64,000 nucleotides of DNA from Bacillota bacterium (GTDB taxonomy: Bacteria; Bacillota; Peptococcia; Peptococcales; BICA1-8): positions 19,041 through 83,040 of the forward strand of contig JBMOKT010000017.1 in assembly GCA_049323895.1 (NCBI GenBank), in the 5' to 3' direction. Position numbers and translations under genes: made by a program. The first letter of the stretch is position 1. Each line of letters opens with the position of its first letter. The notes below the pieces were generated by a model. It searched no databases and was not told the origin of the DNA. It worked only from the letters and a program-made list of their open reading frames with translations. Below, piece by piece: positions 26,575 to 35,752 of this stretch.

Positions 26575-27864
26575 TTATTTTTCCAACCCACGCTGGGTGG
26601 TTTCAGTCACTCTAATAATCTTAGCCCCTAATCCTCGTAACTTTTGCTCAAAATTTTCATATCCTCGGTCAATATGATAGATGGAATCAATAATAGTTGC
26701 ATCTTCAGCAATTAAGCCGGCCAGGACTAACGCAGCACCTGCTCTGAGGTCTGTAGCATTTACAAAGGTTCCGCTTAAGGCGTTCTTATCCTTGCCCTTA
26801 ATGATGGCAATCCTTCCTTCCACTTTGATATCCGCTCCCATTCTACGCAGCTCATCTACATGTTTATATCTATTTTCAAAAATGTTTTCACTAATGACGC
26901 TGGTCCCTTTTACTGAGGCTAATAGTGCCATAATTTGTGGCTGCATATCTGTCGGAAATCCAGGATACGGCATAGTTTTTATATCAGCCGGTTTTATGTT
27001 ATCACTACCCACTACTTTGAGCGCACCATCCTCATCAAAAATATGCACTCCCATTTCTTTTAGCTTGGAAACAATGGCTTCCACATGTCTAGTATGAACA
27101 TTCTCAATTTTTATTGTACTTTTTGTAATTGCCGCAGCAACCATAAAGGTTCCGGCCTCAATCCGGTCGGGGATGACAGTATGTTCAGCAGGCACAAGTT
27201 GTTCAACACCTTGTATTGTTATTACATCTGTTCCTGCTCCTGATATTTGCGCCCCCATATTATTTAAAAACCGTTCCAAATCAACAATTTCTGGTTCTTT
27301 AGCTGCATTGGAAATCACCGTTTTACCCTTAGCCATGGTAGCCGCCATCATAATGTTCTCAGTAGCCCCTACACTAGGGAAATCCAGACATATTTCAGTC
27401 CCTCTTAATACTCCGCCTTCTGCTATGGCCTCAATAAAACCAAATTTTTCCTCAATCTTTGCACCCATAGCCTGTAAACCTTTAAGGTGAAGATCCATAG
27501 GACGGGAACCAATGGCACAGCCTCCCGGGAAGCTTAGTTTAGCAAACCCAAACTTAGCGAGGAGGGGACCCATTACCAGATTTGATGCCCGCATTTTACG
27601 CATTAAAAAGTCCGAAATTTCTATGGAATTTACTTTTGAACTGTCAATTTTCATAGTTGAGCCAGACCAGTCCACCGTACACCCCAAAAACTCTAAAACC
27701 TCTTTCATTACATGAACATCCCGTAGTCTGGGAACATCATAAATTACTGAGGTTTTTGGCGATAGTAGTGAAGCAGCCAGAATGGGTAAAACAGCATTTT
27801 TTGCACCGCTAATTCTTACGGAACCAGCAAGAGGATTTCCGCCCATAATAATATACTTTTCCAT
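26575..27864 (-). CDS. murA: UDP-N-acetylglucosamine 1-carboxyvinyltransferase
   Basis: Contains ISGAKNAVLPILAASLL and the active-site region PGGCAIGSRPMDLH. Confidence 0.95.
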   Translation of the reverse strand: MEKYIIMGGNPLAGSVRISGAKNAVLPILAASLLSPKTSVIYDVPRLRDVHVMKEVLEFLGCTVDWSGSTMKIDSSKVNSIEISDFLMRKMRASNLVMGPLLAKFGFAKLSFPGGCAIGSRPMDLHLKGLQAMGAKIEEKFGFIEAIAEGGVLRGTEICLDFPSVGATENIMMAATMAKGKTVISNAAKEPEIVDLERFLNNMGAQISGAGTDVITIQGVEQLVPAEHTVIPDRIEAGTFMVAAAITKSTIKIENVHTRHVEAIVSKLKEMGVHIFDEDGALKVVGSDNIKPADIKTMPYPGFPTDMQPQIMALLASVKGTSVISENIFENRYKHVDELRRMGADIKVEGRIAIIKGKDKNALSGTFVNATDLRAGAALVLAGLIAEDATIIDSIYHIDRGYENFEQKLRGLGAKIIRVTETTQRGLEK

Positions 27865-28772
27865 TAATATCCCCCCAAAACAAGTATCTCTGGTTCTAGT
27901 AAAATGTTATACTGATTCTTTACTTGGTATTGAATTTTTTCAATTAAATTTAATACATCGCAGCTGGAAGCACCACCTAAATTTATAATAAAATTAGCAT
28001 GTTTTTCCGATACCTGTGCCCTGCCAATCTGCCAGCCCTTAGCCCCAATAGATTCTATTAGGCGTCCTGCAGAATCTCCGGGAGGATTTTTGAAAACACT
28101 CCCAGCGTTAGGATATTCCCAAGGCTGCCCTGCTTTACGACGATTCAAATTATTAGCCATAATGCTTTTTATTTCCGAAACATCACCACTTTTCAATTTT
28201 AGGTGTATTTCAACAACAATTCCTTTAAAATGCTGCAGCTTACTTGACCGGTAGGAAAATTGTAAATCTTCTTTATTAAAATGCATTGTTTGCCCTGACA
28301 AATCCATAACAGTAACACCTTCTACAATATCACTGATGCTGCCGCTAAAAGCACCGGCATTCATTACTACTGCTCCACCAACGGTTCCGGGAATGCCTGA
28401 GGCAAATTCCAAACCCCTCAATCCCCTGTCTGCCGCCTGGCGAGCCAGATAAGGAAGTTTAACACCTCCTTGGACTGTTACCTCTGCACCATTAAATTTC
28501 AGTTTCCTTAAACCGCACAGGCTTATAACTAAACCTCTTATCCCTTCATCTTTAATTAATAAATTGGAACCACCACCGATAATTGTAACCGGCAGGTTAT
28601 GTTTTGAAGAGAAATTAAGAGCTTTTTCCAAATCGATTATATCTAGGGGAGTAAAGAATAAATCAGCCGGCCCCCCTATCTGCCATGTGGTATGCCGGCT
28701 CATGGACTCGGAAATTTTCACATCACCTTCAACAACGCTCCGAAGTAAAGTTGCTAAACTTGGAAAATCCAT
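27864..28772 (-). CDS. murB: UDP-N-acetylenolpyruvoylglucosamine reductase
   Basis: It has an FAD-binding domain (IIGGGSNLL) and GSVFKNP. Its TAA stop overlaps the murA ATG (TAATG). Confidence 0.92.
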   Translation of the reverse strand: MDFPSLATLLRSVVEGDVKISESMSRHTTWQIGGPADLFFTPLDIIDLEKALNFSSKHNLPVTIIGGGSNLLIKDEGIRGLVISLCGLRKLKFNGAEVTVQGGVKLPYLARQAADRGLRGLEFASGIPGTVGGAVVMNAGAFSGSISDIVEGVTVMDLSGQTMHFNKEDLQFSYRSSKLQHFKGIVVEIHLKLKSGDVSEIKSIMANNLNRRKAGQPWEYPNAGSVFKNPPGDSAGRLIESIGAKGWQIGRAQVSEKHANFIINLGGASSCDVLNLIEKIQYQVKNQYNILLEPEILVLGGY

Positions 28773-28785
28773 TTTTCATCCTCCA

Positions 28786-30186
28786 CTAAACAGATGCTAA
28801 GGTTTCCCGTTTTGCTAAAACATCTGCCAAATCAGCGCCAACCTTCCATATGTTCCCTGCCCCTAAGGTTAGAATTAAATCACCTGACCTTGCTACCTCA
28901 GCTAAATAATTTTCCAGTGATTCCCTATTTTTAAAATAATTTAAATCTGTATGGGGGGGTATATGGTCTGCTATTAATTGGGTTGATACACCTGAAATAG
29001 GTTTTTCACCCGCTGAGTAAACCTCATCTAAAATCAGTTTGTCGGCTAAATCAAAGCTTTTTGCAAATTCCTTTGCTAAAAATTGGGTCCTTGTAAACCT
29101 ATGGGGTTGAAAAACAGCAATAATCCTGCCGGAATGACTACTCCTGGCTGCTTGGAGAGTTGCTTTAATTTCTGTTGGGTGATGGGCATAATCATCAACT
29201 ATTAAAATATCATTAATGTTTGCTATTATTTGGAAACGCCTTTGTACTCCACGGAAGTTAGAAAGTGCCTGGTTTATCTTTTCAAAGCTGATGCCAAATT
29301 CAAGACCAACGGCAACGGCAGCTAATGCGTTACTTATATTATGCTTTCCAGGCACATTTAGTTCCAATTGGCCTATAAATTTATCACCATAGAATATATC
29401 CGCCATACTTGTTAAACCGTTGTATATAATATTTTTCGCTGTATAGTCAGCATCTTCAGCTAAGCCATAAGTTATCAATTTTCCAGGAATATGGTCAGCA
29501 AGTTGCCTGACATAAAAATTATCGTTGCAAAGGACTGAAAATCCTTGAGGACTTCCAAGATCAACAAATTCATTAAATGCTTTTATTATATTCTCCAGGG
29601 AACCGTAATAATCCAAATGGTCATCTTCGATGTTTGTTATTACTGTAGACCATGGTTTAAGCTTGAGGAAGGAACCATCACTTTCGTCGGCTTCAGCAAC
29701 CAGATACTCACCTCTCCCTAACTTTGCATTTCCGCCGATATCATTTAGTTCTCCTCCTACAACTACCGTAGGATCAAATTCATTCTTTTCCAAAACCAAG
29801 GCAATCATTGAAGTTGTTGTGGTTTTTCCATGGGCTCCGGCAATACAAATCCCTTTCTGCCGCTCCATCAGCTGACTAAGCATCTCGGCCCTTTGTAAAA
29901 TAGGAATATTTAATTCCTTTGCCCGCTGAACCTCCTGGTTTTCTTCAGGGATTGCTGTGGAGACCACTACCTTATCCACTCCCTGCTGAATATTTATTGC
30001 CTTGTGCCCGGCATAGACAATCGCACCATTTTCTTCCAGTCTTTTTGTTGTTTCTGATACATTCAAATCTGACCCAGAAACCCTATAGCCTAAATCTAAT
30101 AAAACCTTGGCAATGCCACTCATTCCGGCACCACCAATTCCTACAAAATGTATCCATTCTTTTTTTGCTTTAGTCAAAACTTTCAA
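28786..30186 (-). CDS. murC: UDP-N-acetylmuramate--L-alanine ligase
   Basis: Contains HFVGIGGAGMSGIA, GAHGKTTTTSMI and DDYAHHP. Confidence 0.95.
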   Translation of the reverse strand: MKVLTKAKKEWIHFVGIGGAGMSGIAKVLLDLGYRVSGSDLNVSETTKRLEENGAIVYAGHKAINIQQGVDKVVVSTAIPEENQEVQRAKELNIPILQRAEMLSQLMERQKGICIAGAHGKTTTTSMIALVLEKNEFDPTVVVGGELNDIGGNAKLGRGEYLVAEADESDGSFLKLKPWSTVITNIEDDHLDYYGSLENIIKAFNEFVDLGSPQGFSVLCNDNFYVRQLADHIPGKLITYGLAEDADYTAKNIIYNGLTSMADIFYGDKFIGQLELNVPGKHNISNALAAVAVGLEFGISFEKINQALSNFRGVQRRFQIIANINDILIVDDYAHHPTEIKATLQAARSSHSGRIIAVFQPHRFTRTQFLAKEFAKSFDLADKLILDEVYSAGEKPISGVSTQLIADHIPPHTDLNYFKNRESLENYLAEVARSGDLILTLGAGNIWKVGADLADVLAKRETLASV

Positions 30187-30303
30187 CTCCTTCCAGCCAT
30201 TCTAGCACAACGCAAATATAAAGGCGGAGTATATTCTTTACTTTATATGCAGCATCATGAAAAGATGTTACAACTGCTCCCTTTAGAAGATAATCCTGGT
30301 GAC

Positions 30304-30332
30304 TATTATTGGCTTATGTATAGTATTGTCAA
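30304..30332 (-). promoter_or_regulatory. Candidate sigma-A promoter for murC, downstream of the repeat array
   Basis: The coding strand reads TTGACA-17 nt-ATAATA. Confidence 0.45.
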
Positions 30333-30447
30333 AAAAAAATTGTTCTACATAATGATAAAAAAAAATAAATAGGAACATTAGCAGGCCTGTCCATGCTTTC
30401 TTTAGAGCAAAACTCTTGAGACAGACATGCCAAGCAGCTGTCCTTTT

Positions 30448-30905
30448 GGGTCTGACAATACTAATAATGCGATACTTGGGGTCTGTCTTGGTCAGTTTAT
30501 TGCGTCTGATATACTTCTCGGTCAATTTATTGCGTCCGATATACTTGAGGGTCTAGCTGTTGCGTCTGACATGAACTTTTTGGTCAGTCTATTTCGTCTG
30601 ACATACTTAAGGGTTTAGCTGTTGCGTCTGACACAAGCATTGCATGTTAATCCAAAAGTAGTCAGACTAACAATCTTACTCTGAAGTATATCAGACTAAA
30701 AATGTCCACCCAGAAGCAATTGTCAGACTAGCAATGTTTACCCATTAGAATATCAGACTAACAATGTCACCCAAAAGTATATCAGACCAGTAATCTTCAC
30801 CTAAAAGCAAATCAGACTAGCAATGTTGACTATGAAGAATTGTCAGACGCTCAATCTTCACCCAGAAGTTTATCTGGCAAGCAATCTTCACCCTGAAGTA
30901 AGATC
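30448..30905. repeat. Head-to-head array of about 15 degenerate 28-33-bp units (locus 1)
   Basis: About 6 units of type GGTCAnTTTATTGCGTCTGATATACTT occupy 30448-30638. The centre (30639-30653) contains AAGCATTGCATG. About 8.5 units of type AAGTATATCAGACTAaCAATcTTCACCC occupy 30654-30905. Confidence 0.9.
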
Positions 30906-32000
30906 TTGAAGAACCTTCATTATTTTCTCCAAAGAATCGGGATTTCCTGCTTTTTTCATGTTTACAGACATTTCCTTAAGTTTGTTGGAATCATTAATTA
31001 GCCCTGCAATGGTATTATATAGATTATCCCTATTCAGGTCTTTTTCTAAAATCATGGCTGCACCTTTACTTGCAACTAGTGATCGGGCATTAAATTCTTG
31101 GTGGTTTTCGGCAGCAAAAGGATAAGGAATTAAAATTCCTGGAAGCCCCAGAGAAGTAATTTCTGCAATGAATGTGGCCCCTGCCCTGCCCACACATAAA
31201 TCAGCAGCATTTAGAGCATATTCCATTTCATATATGTATGGCTTAAGAATAATTTTTCCGTATTTTTCCAAATTTATACCCATTGTTGTCAATTTTTCTA
31301 CAATTTGAGTATACCCTTCCTCCCCGGTAGTATGGATCAACTGCAAATTAGGTATGGTTAAAAGTTGAGGATAAATTTCAACCATGGCATTATTGATGCT
31401 TTTTGCTCCCCTGCTGCCCCCGCTGACTAAAAGGGTAAATTTATCTTCCTGGAGACCAAAATATTGGCTAGCTTCTTTTTTGCCAATGTTAAAAATTTCC
31501 TCCCGAACAGGCAAACCTGTTAATATTGTTTTGTTAGGATTGGGGAAATATTTCTGCGAATCGGGAAAAGTTATCATTATTTTATTTACAATACGGGCTA
31601 AGGTTTTATTAGTAAGTCCCGGCAGAGCATTTTGTTCGTGAATAACGGCAGGAATTTGCAAAAGGGATGCAGCTAAAACTACAGGTCCGCACACATATCC
31701 CCCGGTTCCCATCACTACCTGGGGACGGAATTTCCTAATGATATTAAAGGCCTGGGTTCCACCCTGGACTGCTTTTAAACCAGCCCGAGCAGCCTGCCAG
31801 GAAAACTTTCTCTGCCATCCTTCAACTTCAATGGTTGCAAAAGCAATACCTGCCTCAGGTACTATTTTTGACTCTAAACCTCTTTTAGTCCCAACATAAA
31901 GAACTTCTGCCTGCGGATAATTATTTAAGATATGTTTGGCTACAGCCAGGGCAGGATATACATGCCCCCCGGTTCCCCCGCCTGTAAAAAGGATTCTCAT
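30888..32000 (-). CDS. murG: Undecaprenyldiphospho-muramoylpentapeptide beta-N-acetylglucosaminyltransferase
   Basis: Contains TGGGTGGHVYPALAVA and GGSRGA. Confidence 0.95.
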   Translation of the reverse strand: MRILFTGGGTGGHVYPALAVAKHILNNYPQAEVLYVGTKRGLESKIVPEAGIAFATIEVEGWQRKFSWQAARAGLKAVQGGTQAFNIIRKFRPQVVMGTGGYVCGPVVLAASLLQIPAVIHEQNALPGLTNKTLARIVNKIMITFPDSQKYFPNPNKTILTGLPVREEIFNIGKKEASQYFGLQEDKFTLLVSGGSRGAKSINNAMVEIYPQLLTIPNLQLIHTTGEEGYTQIVEKLTTMGINLEKYGKIILKPYIYEMEYALNAADLCVGRAGATFIAEITSLGLPGILIPYPFAAENHQEFNARSLVASKGAAMILEKDLNRDNLYNTIAGLINDSNKLKEMSVNMKKAGNPDSLEKIMKVLQDLTSG

Positions 32001-32088
32001 AAAAAAACCACCATCCCCAAATAGCTTTACGCCTTTTTGCTTTATGTTTAACTTTGGATAAACACAAAAACCAAAAGGCGTAACGAGA

Positions 32089-33186
32089 TTATTTATTGCA
32101 ATACCTGGAAATATTTAGAAGTATTCCCACGCCTACTAAAGAAAGTGTCAATGATGAACCCCCGTAGCTGACAAAAGGAAGGGTTATACCCGTTACTGGA
32201 AGGCTGCCAGTAACTACACCCATATTAATTACCGACTGAACTGCAACGATACTCGTAAGACCAACGGCTACCAGTGAGGCAAAGCGGTCAGGAGCATATA
32301 AGGCAATCCGATAACCCCTCCAGATAAACAAGAAAAACAGGAGAATTACTAAAAGAATTCCGATAAAACCTAACTCTTCACCAATAATCGCAAAAATAAA
32401 GTCAGTATGCCTTTCTGGCAGATAGAGGAATTTTTGCCGACTGTTCCCTAACCCGATGCCAAACAGCCAGCCTGAACCAAGTGCATATAAAGACTGTACA
32501 GTTTGGTAACCTTCATTGCTAGCCGTTTCAAAAGGTTTGAGGTATCCTACAATCCTTTTTAAGCGGTAAGGTTCCTGAATAATAAGAGCTACTACCCCCA
32601 TTATACCCGTTAAGGCCAAACCAAACAGGTGGGTAAACCGTGACCCGGCAGCAAGAAACATACAAAAAGCTGTACCGGCAACGGCAATGGTAGTACCTAA
32701 GTCAGGCTGCTTTAGTAAAAGGGCAGCTACTATTCCCAAAATCCCTAATAAATATAGAAATCCTTTAAAGTTCTTTATTTTTTCGGGTTCTAAACTCATA
32801 ATTCTGGCAAAGAAAAAAACTATGGCCAGTTTTACTATCTCTGAAGGTGCTAAATTAAGAGGACCCAGTACAATCCATCTGCTGGAGCCGTTTACATTTT
32901 TACCTATCCCGGGAATTAAGACCATCACCAAGAGAATAAGCGTTATAACAAATCCTGTTACAATCAGCCTTCTGGTTTTATAATAATCAAAGTTCATAAA
33001 GAAAAACATGGCAGCTATGCCTAGACCGGCCCACATCATTTGCCTTTTTAAAAAATGGTATGGGTCATCATAAAATAACATGGCATGATAAGAACTGGCA
33101 CTTAAAACCATAATCACACCAATGCTCAATAAGAGGAAGGTTGTTAAGAATAGAACGATATCGGGCTGCTTTCTTTTAAAGCTCAC
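32089..33186 (-). CDS. ftsW: SEDS-family peptidoglycan glycosyltransferase FtsW/SpoVE
   Basis: It has 10 TM segments and contains QPDLGT, SNEGYQ and PFVSYGGSS. Confidence 0.9.
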   Translation of the reverse strand: MSFKRKQPDIVLFLTTFLLLSIGVIMVLSASSYHAMLFYDDPYHFLKRQMMWAGLGIAAMFFFMNFDYYKTRRLIVTGFVITLILLVMVLIPGIGKNVNGSSRWIVLGPLNLAPSEIVKLAIVFFFARIMSLEPEKIKNFKGFLYLLGILGIVAALLLKQPDLGTTIAVAGTAFCMFLAAGSRFTHLFGLALTGIMGVVALIIQEPYRLKRIVGYLKPFETASNEGYQTVQSLYALGSGWLFGIGLGNSRQKFLYLPERHTDFIFAIIGEELGFIGILLVILLFFLFIWRGYRIALYAPDRFASLVAVGLTSIVAVQSVINMGVVTGSLPVTGITLPFVSYGGSSLTLSLVGVGILLNISRYCNK

Positions 33187-33190
33187 CCAC

Positions 33191-34549
33191 TCACCCCCTT
33201 AACTGGAAAACCAGTTCCTTAAATACATCGCCCCGATGCTCAAAATTATTGAACATATCATAACTGGAACAGGCAGGAGATAAGAGAACCAAATCCCCTT
33301 TTTGTGCAAAATGGTAAGCAGTCTGAACAGCATCTGCAAAGCTTTCTGCTAAATAAATATTTTTAAAGCCCTCATCCGCCATCGCTTTTTTCAATTCTGC
33401 CGCAGCTTCCCCAACCAAAATTACCTGTTTTACACTTTCTTTGATTTTAGCCGCTAATTCCCGAAAATCACTACCCTTGTTTTTACCGCCGGCTATTAAA
33501 ATTATGGGGTCATTATAAGCTTCCAAAGCTTTAATACTAGCATCGGGATTGGTCCCCTTGGAATCATTGACAAACTTGACTCCATTTATTTCCGCAACTA
33601 ATTCCAAACGATGGGGTACTCCGGGAAAATTAATCAAAGAGGTACTGATTTCTTCTGGTTCAAGCCCTAATAAATAACCGGCTGCCACTGCCGCCATAGC
33701 ATTTTCCAGATTATGGTTTCCTTTGATGCTCACCTGGTCACGGCTGCAAATAACAACGGGTCCTTCTCCAATATCAATTACTATCTGATTATCTGCTAAA
33801 TATACCCCTTCTTCTAACTTATTCCGCCTAGAAAAAAATATCACATGACTTTTAGCTCCGTGAGCTAATTCTTTAACTAAAGGATCGTCAAAATTAAGAA
33901 TAAGAAAATCTTCTTCAGTCTGATTCTTAAAAATCCTTGCTTTGACTGCCCGGTAATTATCCATAGTACCGTGCCTGTCTAAATGGTCAGGAGTTAAATT
34001 AAGGAATACTGCCACCCTGGGTTTGAATTTATCAATGGTTTCCAATTGAAAACTGCTGACCTCTGCAACTATCAGGTCCTTAGCAGTAATATCTTCTACA
34101 TAGTTTATGAGGGGCAATCCAATATTCCCCCCAATTATCACCTTTTTTTGAGCATCTTTAAAAATCTGTCCTATTAGGGCTGTTGTAGTAGTTTTCCCAT
34201 TAGTTCCTGTTACAGCAATAAAAGGAGCTGAAGAATATCTGTAAGCCAGTTCAATTTCACCAATGACAGGAATGCCTTTTATATTTGCTTCAACCAAGGG
34301 TCTAATATTTATTGGAATGCCGGGACTGACAATAATTAAATCGGGTAATAATTGGTTAATTTCCGGCTGTACTCCCCACAAGGTTTGAATACCCAAAGAT
34401 GTAATTTCCTGCTCTACCTGCTTCATAGCCGATGGCTCTTTTATATCAGTTAAGGTGACTTTGGCACCTTTATTTGCTAAAAATTTACTTGCGGCAATGC
34501 CGCTGCGCGCAGCACCCATTATTAATACCTTTTTTCCGGCTGCTTCCAT
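33191..34549 (-). CDS. murD: UDP-N-acetylmuramoylalanine--D-glutamate ligase
   Basis: Contains GAARSGIAASKFL, VTGTNGKTTTTALI and DSKGTNP. Confidence 0.95.
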   Translation of the reverse strand: MEAAGKKVLIMGAARSGIAASKFLANKGAKVTLTDIKEPSAMKQVEQEITSLGIQTLWGVQPEINQLLPDLIIVSPGIPINIRPLVEANIKGIPVIGEIELAYRYSSAPFIAVTGTNGKTTTTALIGQIFKDAQKKVIIGGNIGLPLINYVEDITAKDLIVAEVSSFQLETIDKFKPRVAVFLNLTPDHLDRHGTMDNYRAVKARIFKNQTEEDFLILNFDDPLVKELAHGAKSHVIFFSRRNKLEEGVYLADNQIVIDIGEGPVVICSRDQVSIKGNHNLENAMAAVAAGYLLGLEPEEISTSLINFPGVPHRLELVAEINGVKFVNDSKGTNPDASIKALEAYNDPIILIAGGKNKGSDFRELAAKIKESVKQVILVGEAAAELKKAMADEGFKNIYLAESFADAVQTAYHFAQKGDLVLLSPACSSYDMFNNFEHRGDVFKELVFQLRG

Positions 34550-34568
34550 GGCTACACACTCCTTCTTA

Positions 34569-34642
34569 AGTGGCTAGTTGTTAGTGGCTAGTGGCTAGAA
34601 AAATAAGTGACTGGTGCACTAGTTTGATAGTTTGATAGTTGG
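34569..34642 (+). repeat. Copy C of the GTGGCTAG/GTGACTGG element
   Basis: AGTGGCTAGTTGTTAGTGGCTAGTGGCTAGAAAAATAAGTGACTGGTGCACTAGTTTGATAGTTTGATAG. Confidence 0.8.
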
Positions 34643-34800
34643 CATCTGCTTCTGGGTGAAAATTGTTAGTCCGATTACCTTTAGGAGTAGCTTGCAATGC
34701 TTGTGTCAGACGCAATAAATTGACCAAGAAGTATTCAGACTAAAAAGCTAGACCCTTAAGTACATCAGACCCAACAGCTAAACCCTTAAGTATAATTATA
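34643..34800. repeat. Short head-to-head array of the ~30-bp unit family (locus 2)
   Basis: One unit CTGGGTGAAAATTGTTAGTCCGATTACC is followed by the centre GCTTGCAATGCTT, which is the reverse complement of the locus-1 centre. Three to four opposite units follow: GTGTCAGACGCAATAAATTGACC, AAGTATTCAGACTAAAAAGCTAGACCC, TTAAGTACATCAGACCCAACAGCTAAACCC. Confidence 0.85.
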
Positions 34801-35745
34801 ACTCATCAGCCCTGCTACAACTAATAACGCGGCGGCGGTCCAGAAGGTAAGAACTACCCTTTCTTCCGACCATCCCTTAAGTTCAAAATGGTGATGGAGG
34901 GGACTCATCAAGAATATCCTTTGCCCAGTTAGCTTAAAGGAAATTACTTGCATGATTACCGACAGGGCTTCTAGTACATAAACTCCGCCGATAATGGGCA
35001 GAAACAACTCGGTTTTCGTGAAAACAGCCAGGGCTGCTATTGCGCCACCTAATGCCAAAGAACCAGTATCCCCCATAAAGACTTTGGCAGGATGGATATT
35101 AAAAAACAGAAAACCTAAACAGCTCCCTACTAAAGCTGCACTAAAAACTGTAATACTGAAAAGCTCCTCAGAAAATCCCAATAAAACATAACCTAAGGAA
35201 ACAAAAAGGGTGATTCCGGCAGCCAACCCATCCAAACCGTCTGTCAGATTAACAGCATTGGTAGTGCCTATGGCAACAAATACTACGAAAGGAATGTAAA
35301 ATACACCCAAATCAAAGGTGTTGCCAATAAAAGGAACAAGCAATTGGGTTCCCCTGCCTAGGTAATTTACCGCAGACCACGCCAAGAGCACCGACAATAT
35401 CAACTGACCTATCAGCTTATCCCTGGCTTTTAACCCCAGAGACCTTTTTTTAATAATTTTAATATAATCATCAATAAAACCAATGAGTCCATAACCCAAG
35501 GTAAAAATAAGCAGAACATAAGTAATAAGGCTTTCCTGTGCCACGAATACAGTTCCCAAGGTTAAGCTGAAAAGAAACATAACACCTCCCATGGTGGGAG
35601 TGCCTTGCTTTTGCAAATGTCTTTTGGGGCCATCATCCCTTACACTTTGTCCAAACTTGAGCCGCCTCAGGGCAGGAATTAAGAATGGTCCTAGTACCAG
35701 GCACGCGCCTGTGCTTACAAAAAATGCTATTAAAATATCTTTCAC
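34786..35745 (-). CDS. mraY: Phospho-N-acetylmuramoyl-pentapeptide transferase
   Basis: Contains PTMGG, NAVNLTDGLDGLA and MGDTGSLALGG. Confidence 0.95.
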   Translation of the reverse strand: MKDILIAFFVSTGACLVLGPFLIPALRRLKFGQSVRDDGPKRHLQKQGTPTMGGVMFLFSLTLGTVFVAQESLITYVLLIFTLGYGLIGFIDDYIKIIKKRSLGLKARDKLIGQLILSVLLAWSAVNYLGRGTQLLVPFIGNTFDLGVFYIPFVVFVAIGTTNAVNLTDGLDGLAAGITLFVSLGYVLLGFSEELFSITVFSAALVGSCLGFLFFNIHPAKVFMGDTGSLALGGAIAALAVFTKTELFLPIIGGVYVLEALSVIMQVISFKLTGQRIFLMSPLHHHFELKGWSEERVVLTFWTAAALLVVAGLMSYNYT

Positions 35746-35752
35746 CTGGTTA

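Noticed and set aside
30283-30618. Track ORFs 30283..30525 (-) and 30427..30618 (+) in the murG-murC gap.
   Set aside because: They lie entirely in the 30-bp repeat array. The peptides are just the DNA periodicity translated (LGQFIASDIL LGQFIASDIL...). There is no RBS and no family resemblance.
30448-30905. Possibility that the 30-bp arrays at this locus, 34643-34800 and 63070-63430 are CRISPR arrays.
   Set aside because: Units abut directly with no unique spacers and are degenerate rather than identical. They switch orientation mid-array, and no cas genes are present in the window.
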